Below, piece by piece: positions 22,573 to 33,536 of a stretch of 64,000 nt of DNA; positions within the stretch are counted from its first letter, which is position 1, and each line of letters starts with the position of its first letter. The stretch is from an uncultured Nitrospiraceae bacterium (lineage in GTDB: Bacteria; Nitrospirota; Thermodesulfovibrionia; Thermodesulfovibrionales; Dissulfurispiraceae). The position numbers and the translations under genes were made by a program. The notes below the pieces were generated by a model, which was not told the DNA's origin, did not search any database, and saw only the letters and a program-made list of their open reading frames with translations. Location of the stretch: NCBI GenBank assembly GCA_963727805.1, contig CAVSHF010000003.1, forward strand, positions 320,001-384,000, in the 5' to 3' direction.

Positions 22573-23496
22573 ATGGAGATCCCTTTTGTATTTCCGGGAC
22601 AGGGTTCGCAATATGTAGGGATGGGTAAGGAGCTCTGGGATCATTTTGACGAAGTAAAAAGGCTTTACGACCAAGCCTCAAAAAACCTCGGGTACGATGT
22701 CGCGGACCTCAGTTTCAACGGGCCGGTCGAAGAGCTGAACAAAACATTTCGGACGCAACCCTGCCTGCTCGTTGTGAGTGTTGCGGCTTTCATCGCGCTG
22801 GGGCTGAAGAACGTTACGCCATCCGCTGTCGCGGGACATAGTCTTGGTGAGTATTCTGCCCTTGTTGCAGCGGGAAGTCTGTCGTTTGCCGATGCAGTAA
22901 AGATCACGGAGATCCGGGGTTCTATCATGCAGGAAGCGGTCCCAGAAGGAAAGGGACTTATGGCTGCTATCCTCGGGCTTGACAGGAGCGCCCTCGATGG
23001 TTTGTGCCTCAGCGTGGATGAGGGATACGTAAGGGTAGCCAATTACAACTGTCCAGGGCAGATTGTCGTTTCAGGGGAAAAGGTGGCAGTTGAAGCCCTA
23101 ATTGTCAAGGCCAAAGTTGCCGGCGCAAAAAGGGCATTGCCGCTTGCGGTGAGCGTTCCTTCTCACTGCGCGTTGATGGAAGAAGCCGGGAAAAAATTTG
23201 AGGCGATGCTGAAAGGCTTCGAGATCAGGGATACCATGCTTCCTTTTGTGAATAATGTAGATGCTAGGTTTATTTCGGATGCGGAAGTAATAAGGAAATC
23301 TCTCGTTCGACAACTCAGTCAGTCGGTCCTCTGGGAGGACTGCATAAAAACGATTGCGATGAAGGGCATGATGACATTCGTCGAAGTCGGTCCCGGCAAG
23401 ATTCTATCGGGCTTGATAAAGAGGATAGCGACGGGGGCAAGGACCTTCAACGTCGAAAATATAGAAAGCTTGAATACAACAGTCGATGAATTGTAA
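22573..23496 (+). CDS. fabD: Malonyl-CoA:ACP transacylase
   Basis: FPGQGSQ..GMG, TQP, GHSLGEY, ANYNCP.Q.V.SG, VSVPSH, EVGPG. Confidence 0.95.
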   Translation: MEIPFVFPGQGSQYVGMGKELWDHFDEVKRLYDQASKNLGYDVADLSFNGPVEELNKTFRTQPCLLVVSVAAFIALGLKNVTPSAVAGHSLGEYSALVAAGSLSFADAVKITEIRGSIMQEAVPEGKGLMAAILGLDRSALDGLCLSVDEGYVRVANYNCPGQIVVSGEKVAVEALIVKAKVAGAKRALPLAVSVPSHCALMEEAGKKFEAMLKGFEIRDTMLPFVNNVDARFISDAEVIRKSLVRQLSQSVLWEDCIKTIAMKGMMTFVEVGPGKILSGLIKRIATGARTFNVENIESLNTTVDEL

Positions 23497-23505
23497 AGGG
23501 GAAGT

Positions 23506-23739
23506 ATGATCATTGACGTGCGAGGATTGCACCATCCCGACCATTTGAGGGAATTCAGGAAGCATCTTGAAGGATTCTGTACTGTTCACGAAGAAGTCGA
23601 GGTGCTATTGGATAATAACCGGGAAGACCGTAAAAAAATCGAGATGTTCGTACGATCGTGCAGGGGAAAGTATACAGTATTGGATGAGGGAGACCATCTG
23701 CGGATGAAGATCGAAGCTTACTTCAGCCTTTGCGGATGA
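23506..23739 (+). CDS. Small TusA/SirA-like protein lacking the CPxP motif
   Basis: 77 aa, IDVRGL.. start, EVLLDN, terminal beta strand; fills the fabD-ndk gap. Confidence 0.6.
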   Translation: MIIDVRGLHHPDHLREFRKHLEGFCTVHEEVEVLLDNNREDRKKIEMFVRSCRGKYTVLDEGDHLRMKIEAYFSLCG

Positions 23740-23803
23740 GCAGTACGGCAGAGTATGCGGTCTGAATATGATGACAGAGATACAAACTATGGAGGAACAA
23801 ACA

Positions 23804-24217
23804 GTGGAGAAAACACTCTCGATTATAAAACCCGATGGGGTCAAGAAGAATGTCATAGGCGAAGTATTAAGCAGGTTTGAAAGGAGCGCTCTCAAGATAG
23901 CTGCTCTGAAAAAGATAGCATTGTCCAAGGAAGAAGCAAAGGCGTTTTACTCAGTTCATAAAGAGAGGCCTTTTTACGATAGCCTCACAACGTTTATGTC
24001 TGAGGGACCAGTGGTAGTCTTGGTGCTCGAAGGCGACAATGCGATATCGAGAGTCAGGGAAATCATGGGTGCTACCAATCCAGCCAATGCGGCCCCTGGC
24101 ACGATTAGGAAAGACTTCGCCGAAAGTGTGGAGCGAAATGTTGTCCATGGCTCCGATTCTCCTGAATCAGCGGCGGTGGAAATACCTTTCTTTTTCTCGA
24201 ATCTTGAAATACACTAA
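23804..24217 (+). CDS. ndk: Nucleoside diphosphate kinase
   Basis: [43 protein letters not shown] 8 nt before GTG 23804. Confidence 0.97.
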   Translation: MEKTLSIIKPDGVKKNVIGEVLSRFERSALKIAALKKIALSKEEAKAFYSVHKERPFYDSLTTFMSEGPVVVLVLEGDNAISRVREIMGATNPANAAPGTIRKDFAESVERNVVHGSDSPESAAVEIPFFFSNLEIH

Positions 24218-24430
24218 CGATTAGGATCATGCAGCGTCCGCGTGCCGCATTGTGCCTTGCCTTGGTATTCCAAGCGAGTAATATATGGTATAATTTCTAC
24301 AATAGCAATGGAAGTGTTTTTTTGAACCATTGCCCTCTGACTATGAATGTTTTTATTGAGTTCCAGCAGGTTACCACCCATACTCGAAGCTTGCTGATAT
24401 TGGAATGAACGTATCCCCGAATTTACTGCA

Positions 24431-26953
24431 ATGCCAAAATGCACCCCAAAAATAATAACTCGCGATAGCGCTGACGAATTCAGCTACAAAAGTTTCTTTG
24501 TGAATGCCGTCGAAGGACTATTTCAGTCTACTATGAGCGGAAAATTCATTACTGTTAACCCTGCACTAGCAAAAATGCTCGGCTATGACGGACCCGAAGA
24601 CATGATCTCCATGCTGCAGGACCTGAAATCTCAGCTCTATGTTAATCCTGCTGACCGTGATCGCCTTGTTGCCATTCTCAAAGAAAAAGGTGCGGTAACC
24701 GATTTTGAGACCCAGTTCAGATGCAAGGACGGCAACAGCAAGTGGATTAATCTGGCGGTCCGCGAGGTGCGCGGGGCAGATGGAAAGCTTTGTTATATTG
24801 AGGGTCTGAACATTGACATTACGGCGAGGAAGTGTGCTGAAATGGCGCTTAGGGAGAGTGAACAGAAATTTCGACGCACTTTTGATCAAGCCCCGATCGG
24901 AGCTGCAATTGTTAATCTAAAATTTTCCTTCATACGAGTAAATAAAGTACTTTGTGATATTACCGGCTATTCTGAGGAAGAGCTTTTGTCAAAAAAAATT
25001 ATCGATATTATCCATCCCGATGACATTCCTATCGGGTTGGGTTATGCTAACAAGCTTCTGAGTGGTGAAATAGATTCATATGAAAATGATAGGCGATTTA
25101 TCCATAAAAACGGTGGTGTTAGATGGGTGACGATTTCAATGCGTTGCCTTAAGGACCATCTCGGCAACCCTCATTATTTGCTGCCGATGATCCAGGACAT
25201 CACCTCGCGTAAAAATGTCCTCGATACCCTAGCAGCCACTAAAGAGAGACTTCAGCATAGCGAATCAATATATCGGGCTATAGTTGAAGATCAGATTGAA
25301 CAGGTTTGCCGGTATAAGCGCGGTGGAACGCTTACGTTTGTAAACGATGCTTATGCCGATTTTTTTCAGAAGAATAAGGATGAACTCATAGGGATGGTAT
25401 TTACCCTGAATATGCCCGATGAGGACCTTCAACAGTTCGAGAAGCATTTGAGGAAGCTGACACCTTTCAGGCCGGTAGCTGAGATGGAACATCGGGTTAT
25501 ATTACCGGATGGACAGATGCGTTGGGTCCATCGCTCAATCCGGCCGTTTTTCGACAAGGACGGCTGTATCACTGAATACCAGGTAGTTGGTCGCGATGTC
25601 ACCGATAAAGTGGTGGCCGAACAGGAAATTCAAAGAATTTCCGATGAAAAGGAGCAGTATCGATTGAACCTGGAGGCCGTCTTCAGCAGTATACCTGATG
25701 CAGTCTTAACTGTGGACAAAGATATGCGTATTATTCATATTAATAAAGCGATGAGCAATATTTGCTGCATCAGCCATGAATTAGTTTCTGGCAAATCTAT
25801 TAAGGATTTTTCGGGGTCTTGTGACCGATCCTGTTTTCACATTTTATTCAAAACCCTACAGACAAAAGAGCCGGTTATTGAGTATCGTCTTGAGTGTCTG
25901 ACGAGCAATCCGGGAAAAGTGTTCATAATTAATTCATCTCCGCTCAGGGACCAGGAAAACCAGTTCATGGGGGCTGTTTTAGTCATTCGAGATATCACAC
26001 GGCTGGCAAACCTCGAAAAACAGATTGCGGACCCTACAGGCTACAAGAACATAATCGGGAAAAGCCGAGCAATGCAGGAAGTCTATCGCGTCCTGGACCT
26101 TCTCACCGATGTGGAAACCACAGTACTTATCACAGGGGAATCGGGGACAGGCAAGGAACTGACTGCCGAAGCATTGCATTATGGCGGTCCGAGGGCAAAG
26201 CGCCCCCTTATCAAGGTTAACTGCGCGGCCCTTGCGGAAAACCTCCTTGAGAGTGAACTTTTCGGACATGTTCGCGGAGCATTCACGGGTGCAATCAAGG
26301 ACAAAGTGGGCCGTTTCGAGGCCGCCGAAGGCGGGACCCTTTTTCTCGATGAAATCGGTGACATCCCTTTGAGCACCCAGCTCAAGCTTCTTCGCGTTCT
26401 TGAGCGAAAGGAGTATGAACGTGTCGGGGATTCGCGGACACTGAAAGCAGACGTAAGAGTAGTTACAGCTACCAATGTGGATCTGCAAAAAAAAATTAGG
26501 CAGGGACTCTTTCGTGAAGATCTCTACTACCGACTTAAGGTCATGGGTATCCATCTGCCACCGCTGCGTGAGCGTGAGCAGGATATTCCGCTTTTGTGCC
26601 AGCATTTTATAAATCAATTAAACTTGGACTATGAAAAAAGGATTTTTCGCGTCTCAGATGAGGTCATGAAACTTTTCATGGACTACAAATGGCCGGGCAA
26701 TGTCCGAGAGTTGCGCCACACGCTGGAACACGCATTTATATTGTGCCCGGCAGGAGATATCGGACCACAGCATCTCCCCAGGGACTTTGCTAGTGACCAA
26801 TCTGAGCGCAAGGAAGAGGTCAAACAAAAAACAAAGGTCAGCCGGGCGTCTATAATTGAGACTTTGTCCCGGAATGGCGGCAATAAAGCCAAAGCCGCTC
26901 GTCAACTTGGAATAGATCGACGGACTCTATATCGTAATTTAGAAAAAAAATAA
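24431..26953 (+). CDS. Sigma-54-dependent activator with about four PAS domains, AAA+ and Fis-type HTH
   Basis: Repeated PAS/PAC ends (DIT.RK, RDVT, RDIT), GESGTGKE, ESELFGH, GAFTGA, FLDEIG, WPGNVREL, NKAKAARQLGI.R.TLYR. Confidence 0.93.
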   Translation: MPKCTPKIITRDSADEFSYKSFFVNAVEGLFQSTMSGKFITVNPALAKMLGYDGPEDMISMLQDLKSQLYVNPADRDRLVAILKEKGAVTDFETQFRCKDGNSKWINLAVREVRGADGKLCYIEGLNIDITARKCAEMALRESEQKFRRTFDQAPIGAAIVNLKFSFIRVNKVLCDITGYSEEELLSKKIIDIIHPDDIPIGLGYANKLLSGEIDSYENDRRFIHKNGGVRWVTISMRCLKDHLGNPHYLLPMIQDITSRKNVLDTLAATKERLQHSESIYRAIVEDQIEQVCRYKRGGTLTFVNDAYADFFQKNKDELIGMVFTLNMPDEDLQQFEKHLRKLTPFRPVAEMEHRVILPDGQMRWVHRSIRPFFDKDGCITEYQVVGRDVTDKVVAEQEIQRISDEKEQYRLNLEAVFSSIPDAVLTVDKDMRIIHINKAMSNICCISHELVSGKSIKDFSGSCDRSCFHILFKTLQTKEPVIEYRLECLTSNPGKVFIINSSPLRDQENQFMGAVLVIRDITRLANLEKQIADPTGYKNIIGKSRAMQEVYRVLDLLTDVETTVLITGESGTGKELTAEALHYGGPRAKRPLIKVNCAALAENLLESELFGHVRGAFTGAIKDKVGRFEAAEGGTLFLDEIGDIPLSTQLKLLRVLERKEYERVGDSRTLKADVRVVTATNVDLQKKIRQGLFREDLYYRLKVMGIHLPPLREREQDIPLLCQHFINQLNLDYEKRIFRVSDEVMKLFMDYKWPGNVRELRHTLEHAFILCPAGDIGPQHLPRDFASDQSERKEEVKQKTKVSRASIIETLSRNGGNKAKAARQLGIDRRTLYRNLEKK

Positions 26954-27135
26954 CATTATCCTTATTTTTGACAAATATGTAGCACAGTGAGGCGCCACAT
27001 ATGTGGCTTGGCGCACTTAAAATGCCACACAATCGCACATCTATTAATTCCATCATTCATGGATAAAAATGCATGAGTGGTTCCACCTAATTGAAATAAC
27101 TATATTATTTGGACTGAAGTGATAATCGCGAATGA

Positions 27136-27151
27136 TGGCACAAGTATTGCT
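27136..27151 (+). promoter_or_regulatory. Sigma-54 (-24/-12) promoter of the frd operon
   Basis: TGGCACAAGTATTGCT, a GG-N10-GC consensus match, between the activator gene and frdC. Confidence 0.85.
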
Positions 27152-27265
27152 CGTAATATGATCATCACAGTGAAGAGTGCTTGTCATGTGAGAACTTTTA
27201 GGGAGGGTATTGGTGGGAAAAAAGAAAACACCTTATATCCGGGATAACCGTGAGGAGGAATATCG

Positions 27266-27934
27266 ATGCATTTCTTGAACAGTTCGGTCGGCAGAAAGAT
27301 AGTGATGGCGATTACGGGACTTATGCTACTTGGATTCCTTGTCATTCATCTCTGTGGTAATTCCCTGATTTACATTGGCTGGATTAACGCCTACGGTGAA
27401 CGCCTGCACAGTATGCCGCCCCTGGTGTGGGGCTTCCGGCTGTTTATGCTCGGCGTGTTTATACTGCACGTCTTTTTCGGTATTCAGTTGACACTAGAAA
27501 ATAATTCGGCGAGACCTCAGGCATACTCTGTGAAAAAGAACCTACGAGCATCGTTCAGCGGCAGGACCATGATATGGACAGGACTGTTGATAGCAGCTTT
27601 TCTCATCTACCATCTGCTTCACTTCACTGCACGTATGACTAATCCCGAGATATCAACAGGTATTGACGCTATGGGCAGACTCGATGTCTTTAAGATGGTG
27701 GTGCTAAGCTTTAATAACCCAGCAATCTCTGGGGCGTATATAGCTGCAATGATCGTCCTGGCGCTTCATCTAACCCACGGTATACAGAGCTTTGTGCAGA
27801 CTTTCGGCCTTAATAATGATAAGACGATTCCGGTTGTCGAAAAGGTTGGTACCGGGGCTGCCTTTATCCTGTTCTTGGGGTATGCGGCAATCCCAATCGT
27901 TATCATATTAGGCTTTTTGAATTATAAAGGATAG
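27266..27934 (+). CDS. frdC: Succinate dehydrogenase/fumarate reductase cytochrome b subunit (b558 family)
   Basis: SSVGRK.VMA.TG, five TM helices with His ligands (IHL, LHV, YHLLHF, LHL.HG). Confidence 0.88.
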   Translation: MHFLNSSVGRKIVMAITGLMLLGFLVIHLCGNSLIYIGWINAYGERLHSMPPLVWGFRLFMLGVFILHVFFGIQLTLENNSARPQAYSVKKNLRASFSGRTMIWTGLLIAAFLIYHLLHFTARMTNPEISTGIDAMGRLDVFKMVVLSFNNPAISGAYIAAMIVLALHLTHGIQSFVQTFGLNNDKTIPVVEKVGTGAAFILFLGYAAIPIVIILGFLNYKG

Positions 27935-27943
27935 GGGGATAAC

Positions 27944-29857
27944 GTGATACTTGACGGAAAATGTCCATCAGGTCCGCTTGCACAGAAATGGGAAAAGCAT
28001 TGCCGAGAGATGAAGCTGGTAAGTCCCGCCAACAAAAGAAAGTATAGGATCATTGTTGTTGGGACCGGTCTTGCGGGCGCCTCTGCGGCCGCATCACTTG
28101 GGGAACTCGGCTACAACGTCGAATCCTTCTGCTATCAGGACAGCCCGCGCAGGGCTCACAGCATCGCTGCACAGGGCGGTATCAATGCGGCGAAGAATTA
28201 TCCTAATGACGGCGATAGCATTTACCGCCTCTTTTATGACACGATCAAGGGAGGCGACTTCAGGTCACGCGAGGCTAACGTCTACCGGCTTGCAACGATC
28301 AGCAATAATATTATTGACCAATGCGTAGCACAAGGAGTCCCATTTGCAAGGGATTACGCTGGCTATCTCGATCTTCGTTCATTCGGGGGCACTCAGGTTT
28401 CGCGCACGTTCTATGCTCGGGGGCAGACGGGCCAGCAATTGCTTCTAGGGGCTTATTCGGCTCTTTCCCGCCAGATAAAGGCAGGGACTGTAACGCTTCA
28501 TCCCCGCACTGAAATGCTCGACCTCGTAGTGGTCGACAGTGAGGCAAAGGGAATCACAGTGAGGGACATGGTCACTGGAAAAATAAGTTGTTATGCCGCC
28601 GATGCCGTCTGTCTTTGCACAGGTGGTTACGTAAATGTCTACTATCTGTCTACGAATGCCCAGGGTTGCAACGTGACAGCTAACTACCGCGCTTACAAGA
28701 AGGGCGCTTTCTTTGCAAACCCTTGCTATACGCAGATTCATCCGACATGCATCCCTGTCACGGGCGAACATCAGTCCAAGCTGACCCTGATGTCGGAGTC
28801 CTTGAGAAACGACGGCAGAGTGTGGGTCCCCAAGATAAAGGGTGATAAACGATTGCCCCATGAAGTCCCGGAAACTGAGAGGGACTACTACCTTGAGCGT
28901 AAATACCCGAGCTTCGGCAATCTTGCGCCACGTGACATATCTTCCCGCTCAGCCAAAGAAGTTTGTGATGAAGGTCGCGGGGTCGGCCCCGGCGGTCAGG
29001 GAGTTTATCTCGACTTTGCCGATGCCATCAAGCGCCTTGGCGAAGACACGATCCGTCAGCGCTACGGTAACCTCTTTGAAATGTACGAGCGTATTACCGA
29101 TGAAAACGCTTATAAACAGCCGATGCGCATCTATCCCGCCCTTCATTATGCGATGGGCGGTCTTTGGGTCGACTATAATCTTCAAAGCAATCTCCAGGGT
29201 CTTTTTGTCTTGGGAGAGGCCAATTTTTCAGATCACGGGGCCAACCGCCTCGGAGCAAGTGCGCTTATGCAGGGTCTTGGAGACGGCTATTTCGTCATCC
29301 CTTACACAATAGCTCATTATCTGGCACAGACGAAGCCCGGCAAGGTGAGCATAGACCATCCGGAGTTCAAAAAGTCTATGGTGGATGTCATTGAACTTAC
29401 AAGGAAGCTGCTTTCTATAAACGGCAAGAAGACGGTGAAGGAATTCCACCGCGAACTAGGCAAAGTCATGTGGGAAAATGTAGGAATGGCGCGCAGTGAA
29501 GAGAGTCTGAAAAAAGCAATCACGCTTATCCCCGAAATTCGTTCAGATTTCTGGAGGAATGTAAAAGTGACCGGCAGCGGGGCCGAATTAAACCAAGAAC
29601 TCGAAAAAGCCGGACGTGTAGCTGACTTTCTCGAATTCGGGGAGTTACTGGCACGGGACGCACTTAGCCGCAACGAGTCATGCGGCGGTCACTTCCGGGT
29701 TGAGTATCAGATGCCTGACGGCGAGGCTAAACGCGACGACGGAAATTACTGCTATGTCGCCGCTTGGGAATTTAAAGGTGGCGATAAAGAGCCGGAGCTT
29801 CATAAAGAGCCCCTCGTATTCGAAGACGTCAATCTTGGCGTAAGGAGTTATAAATAA
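27944..29857 (+). CDS. frdA: Fumarate reductase/succinate dehydrogenase flavoprotein subunit
   Basis: [57 protein letters not shown]. Confidence 0.93.
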   Translation: MILDGKCPSGPLAQKWEKHCREMKLVSPANKRKYRIIVVGTGLAGASAAASLGELGYNVESFCYQDSPRRAHSIAAQGGINAAKNYPNDGDSIYRLFYDTIKGGDFRSREANVYRLATISNNIIDQCVAQGVPFARDYAGYLDLRSFGGTQVSRTFYARGQTGQQLLLGAYSALSRQIKAGTVTLHPRTEMLDLVVVDSEAKGITVRDMVTGKISCYAADAVCLCTGGYVNVYYLSTNAQGCNVTANYRAYKKGAFFANPCYTQIHPTCIPVTGEHQSKLTLMSESLRNDGRVWVPKIKGDKRLPHEVPETERDYYLERKYPSFGNLAPRDISSRSAKEVCDEGRGVGPGGQGVYLDFADAIKRLGEDTIRQRYGNLFEMYERITDENAYKQPMRIYPALHYAMGGLWVDYNLQSNLQGLFVLGEANFSDHGANRLGASALMQGLGDGYFVIPYTIAHYLAQTKPGKVSIDHPEFKKSMVDVIELTRKLLSINGKKTVKEFHRELGKVMWENVGMARSEESLKKAITLIPEIRSDFWRNVKVTGSGAELNQELEKAGRVADFLEFGELLARDALSRNESCGGHFRVEYQMPDGEAKRDDGNYCYVAAWEFKGGDKEPELHKEPLVFEDVNLGVRSYK

Positions 29858-30597
29858 TGGACCTTACCCTATTTGTATGGCGCCAAAAAGGCCCAGATAA
29901 ACCTGGAAAGCTTGAAGAGTATAAAGCGAAGGATGTCAGTCCCGATATGTCTTTCCTCGAAATGCTCGATGAAGTCAACGAAGGACTGATCAAGGAAGGC
30001 AAGGAGCCAATAGTTTTCGACCATGATTGCCGCGAAGGCATCTGCGGGACTTGTTCGCAGGTCATTAACGGCATCCCTCATGGACCTCAGGAAAGGACCA
30101 CCGTCTGCCAGCTGCATATGAGGAAATTCAGGGATGGAGATACGATCTATATAGAGCCCTGGAGGGCAAAAGCCTTCCCGATCATTAAGGATTTGATCGT
30201 CGATCGTAGCGCGCTTGACAGGATAATCCAGGCCGGAGGATTCATTTCGGTACACACCGGGGGCGTTGCCGATGCCAATGCGATCCTCATACCCAAGCCT
30301 TATGCCGATGTCGCGATGGATGCGGCTGAGTGTATAGGCTGTGGTGCTTGCGTCGCGGCCTGCCCGAACGGTTCTGCAATGCTCTTTACGGCTGCAAAGG
30401 TTACGCAGCTTGCCATGCTACCACAGGGAAGGGTCGAGGCCGCAAAACGTGTTTGCCTGATGACGGAAGCAATGCTCAAAGAAGGCTTCGGCAACTGTAC
30501 CAACCATTATGAATGCCAAGCGGCATGCCCCAAAGGCATAAAGGTTTCGTTCATAGCAAAACTGAACAGGGAGTTTATAAAGGCACAAGTGTCATAG
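29857..30597 (+). CDS. frdB: Fumarate reductase/succinate dehydrogenase iron-sulfur subunit
   Basis: [32 protein letters not shown]. Confidence 0.93.
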   Translation: MDLTLFVWRQKGPDKPGKLEEYKAKDVSPDMSFLEMLDEVNEGLIKEGKEPIVFDHDCREGICGTCSQVINGIPHGPQERTTVCQLHMRKFRDGDTIYIEPWRAKAFPIIKDLIVDRSALDRIIQAGGFISVHTGGVADANAILIPKPYADVAMDAAECIGCGACVAACPNGSAMLFTAAKVTQLAMLPQGRVEAAKRVCLMTEAMLKEGFGNCTNHYECQAACPKGIKVSFIAKLNREFIKAQVS

Positions 30598-30680
30598 TGG
30601 CCGTTCTATGACGCGCTATGCCTTTTTATTGAGTAGGGATGAACGGCTCGTATCACAATAAAACTTTAGGAGGGATTCTG

Positions 30681-32042
30681 GTGGGAAAGGTAGAGAAACC
30701 GGCAGGCGTTAAGAAGAAGAGATTCTATAGCTCGCTTTTGTTTCAAGTATCTGTGGGTATTGTAATAGGTGTGACTCTCGGCTTCGTATACCCCGATTTT
30801 GCTAAGCAGTTAAAGCCGCTCGGCATAGGCTTCATTAAATTGATCAAGATGATGATTGGGCCCATCATCTTCGGAACCGTTGTAGTTGGCATAGCCAAGA
30901 TGGGCGATATGAAAAAGGTCGGCAGAGTCGGTGTTAAGGCACTTATCTATTTTGAAGTGATTACGACCATAGCCTTAGCAATAGGACTTGTTGCAGTCAA
31001 TGTCATCCAACCTGGAACTGGTCTGAATGCCGATCCTAAGGCGATGGACATGAAGGGCATTTCCGCCTTTACCACCGGGGCCAAAAGCTTGACCACTGTT
31101 GACTTTCTTCTGAACATAATTCCCACTTCGGTAGTAGATGCCTTTGCCAAAGGAGAGATCCTGCAGATTCTCCTCTTCTCCTGTATATTCGGAGCATCAC
31201 TTGCCGCAATGGGAGACAAGGGTAAGCCCGTTGTTCATTTCATCGATGAAGTAACCCATGGTTTGTTCAAAGGCATCGGCTATATTATGAGGCTAGCCCC
31301 CATCGGTGCCGGCGGCGCTATGGCATTTGCCATCGGTAGTTTCGGCTCTGCTACGCTCTCAACACTTGGAATGCTACTTGTCAGTGTTTATGGTACCGCT
31401 ATCTTCTTTGTTGTTGTTATTCTTGGCAGCGTCTGCAAATTGGCTGGGTTCAGCCTACTGAAGCTCTGGCTATATATCAAGGAAGAGTTCTTCATCGTCA
31501 TGGGAACATCCTCCTCTGAAACAGTGCTACCGCGAATTATGGTAAAGCTTGAGAATGCAGGCATTCAAAAGTCCGTTGTGGGTCTTGTCATCCCTACGGG
31601 GTATACCTTCAATCTTGACGGGACGAGCATTTACCTGACAATGGCGGCAATCTTTATTGCACAGGCATTCAATGTTGATCTTAGATGGACACAGCAGCTA
31701 ACTATTCTGGTTATTATGCTTTTGACCTCCAAGGGAGCTGCAGCCGTTGCTGGAGGCGGATTTATATGTTTGGCTGCGACACTGTCTGCAATGGATACAC
31801 AGATTCCGGTGGCTGGTCTGGCTTTGCTGCTTGGAGTAGACTGGTTTATGGCAACATGCAGGGCGCTGACCAACCTAGTCGGCAACTGCGTCGCTGGTGT
31901 AGTTGTGGCGAAATGGGAAGACTCCATCGATTTTGCAAGATTCAAACGTGTCTTGAACAACGAGACAATTGTTGAGGCTGAAGCGCCTGAAGAAGAAATG
32001 ATTGAGCGCGACGAAAAAGAGTGGGCGTCTAAAAAGGTCTGA
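30681..32042 (+). CDS. dctA: C4-dicarboxylate:cation symporter (DAACS family)
   Basis: [51 protein letters not shown] before GTG 30681. Confidence 0.9.
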   Translation: MGKVEKPAGVKKKRFYSSLLFQVSVGIVIGVTLGFVYPDFAKQLKPLGIGFIKLIKMMIGPIIFGTVVVGIAKMGDMKKVGRVGVKALIYFEVITTIALAIGLVAVNVIQPGTGLNADPKAMDMKGISAFTTGAKSLTTVDFLLNIIPTSVVDAFAKGEILQILLFSCIFGASLAAMGDKGKPVVHFIDEVTHGLFKGIGYIMRLAPIGAGGAMAFAIGSFGSATLSTLGMLLVSVYGTAIFFVVVILGSVCKLAGFSLLKLWLYIKEEFFIVMGTSSSETVLPRIMVKLENAGIQKSVVGLVIPTGYTFNLDGTSIYLTMAAIFIAQAFNVDLRWTQQLTILVIMLLTSKGAAAVAGGGFICLAATLSAMDTQIPVAGLALLLGVDWFMATCRALTNLVGNCVAGVVVAKWEDSIDFARFKRVLNNETIVEAEAPEEEMIERDEKEWASKKV

Positions 32043-32092
32043 AAAACAGGAGCCTGTTTTGTGGTTAAGAGACAAAGTCAAAGGAGAGCGTA

Positions 32093-32932
32093 ATGCGCCT
32101 AGTTAAAGCCGGCGACATCAAGGCAAAAGTGGCTCAAATGTGTATAGATACGAACCGCTACCTTCCGGAGGATGTGCTTAAGCGATTAGAGGAGTGTGCG
32201 GCAAAGGAAACGTCACCGACTGCGGTCGAAATCTTTCGCCAACTTAAGGAAAACGCGGCACTAGCTGCGGAGACTGGTCTTCCTCTCTGTCAGGACTGCG
32301 GCTTGGCGGTCTTCTTCGTAGAGATCGGCGAGGATGTAAAGATTGAGGGTGGCAATTTAAAAGAATCCATCACCGGGGGGATGGTGCAGGGTTACAAAGA
32401 CGGTTACCTGCGCAAGTCATCCTGCGATCCATTTACCCGCAAGAACACCGGCAACAATGCCCCAGCAATCATCCACGTAGACCTAGTGCCCGGCGACAGG
32501 TTGAAATTATGGATGATGGCAAAAGGCGGAGGAAGCGAGAACATGTCACGTGTGGTTCTGCTCGCTCCTGCTGAAGGCTGGGCAGGTATCAAAAAGTTTG
32601 TTGTGAACAGGGTTGCAGAGGCAGGGTCCAACCCGTGCCCACCGGTTATTATCGGCGTCGGCATAGGAGGTAACTTTGAGATGGCTCCCCTCATGGCCAA
32701 AAAGGCCCTTCTTCGGCCTCTTGGTGATTCTCATCCAGATCCAGCCATTGCAATACAGGAAGCAGAACTTTTGGACGAAATCAACAAACTCGGTATCGGA
32801 CCTATGGGCCTTGGTGGCGTGACGACGTGCCTGGACGTTAAGATCGCTGCTGCACCTTGCCACCTGGCCAGCCTGCCGCTTGCGGTCAATGTCCAGTGCC
32901 ATTCTGCGAGGCATAAGGAGGTGGAACTATAA
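32093..32932 (+). CDS. Fe-S fumarate hydratase, alpha (N-terminal) subunit
   Basis: PLCQDCG, GYLRKS, KGGGSEN, NPCPP, GIGPMGLGG, CH.ASLP.AVN.QCH..R. Confidence 0.92.
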   Translation: MRLVKAGDIKAKVAQMCIDTNRYLPEDVLKRLEECAAKETSPTAVEIFRQLKENAALAAETGLPLCQDCGLAVFFVEIGEDVKIEGGNLKESITGGMVQGYKDGYLRKSSCDPFTRKNTGNNAPAIIHVDLVPGDRLKLWMMAKGGGSENMSRVVLLAPAEGWAGIKKFVVNRVAEAGSNPCPPVIIGVGIGGNFEMAPLMAKKALLRPLGDSHPDPAIAIQEAELLDEINKLGIGPMGLGGVTTCLDVKIAAAPCHLASLPLAVNVQCHSARHKEVEL

Positions 32933-33489
32933 TGGCGACTGAACACAGACTGACAACCCCTCTGAGTGACGCAGATGTCATGCAACTGAAAACAGGAGAT
33001 GTTGTTTTTATAACCGGCACCATTTATACGGGACGTGATGCAGCACACAAGCGCATGTTCGAGGCCCTGGATAAAGGTGATGTACTGCCATTCAACGTCA
33101 AGGGGGCGCTGATCTATTACGTAGGTCCAGCCCCTGCGCCACCCGGACGTCCTATTGGATCCTGCGGACCGACTACGAGCTACCGGATGGATACATACGC
33201 TCCCAGGTTACATAGTCTCGGTTTGAAGGGGACAATCGGGAAGGGCAAGCGTAACGATGCGGTTAAAGATGCCATGAAAAAGTATAAAGCGGTCTATCTT
33301 GCAGCTACAGGTGGCGCCGGGGCTCTTCTGTCTCTTTGCGTGCAGGAAGCCAGGGTCGTCGCCTACGAAGACCTTGGCCCCGAAGCTGTTATGGAACTGA
33401 AGGTGAAGGATTTCCCGTTGCTTGTTATTAATGATGCTTTTGGCGGCGAGTTGTACGTGCAACCGAAACTCCAGGTGCTGGAACGCTAA
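32932..33489 (+). CDS. Fe-S fumarate hydratase, beta (C-terminal) subunit
   Basis: GRDAAHKR, YYVGP, GPTTS.RMD, IGKG, GGAGAL, DLG.EA. Confidence 0.92.
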   Translation: MATEHRLTTPLSDADVMQLKTGDVVFITGTIYTGRDAAHKRMFEALDKGDVLPFNVKGALIYYVGPAPAPPGRPIGSCGPTTSYRMDTYAPRLHSLGLKGTIGKGKRNDAVKDAMKKYKAVYLAATGGAGALLSLCVQEARVVAYEDLGPEAVMELKVKDFPLLVINDAFGGELYVQPKLQVLER

Positions 33490-33536
33490 GGGACTCAAGA
33501 AATACAGAAAACTGATCGACAGAAGGAGGAAACACA

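Noticed and set aside
26941..26953. A8 tract at the end of the activator as a phase-variation site
   Set aside because: It lies after the HTH recognition helix, so slippage would change only the last few residues.
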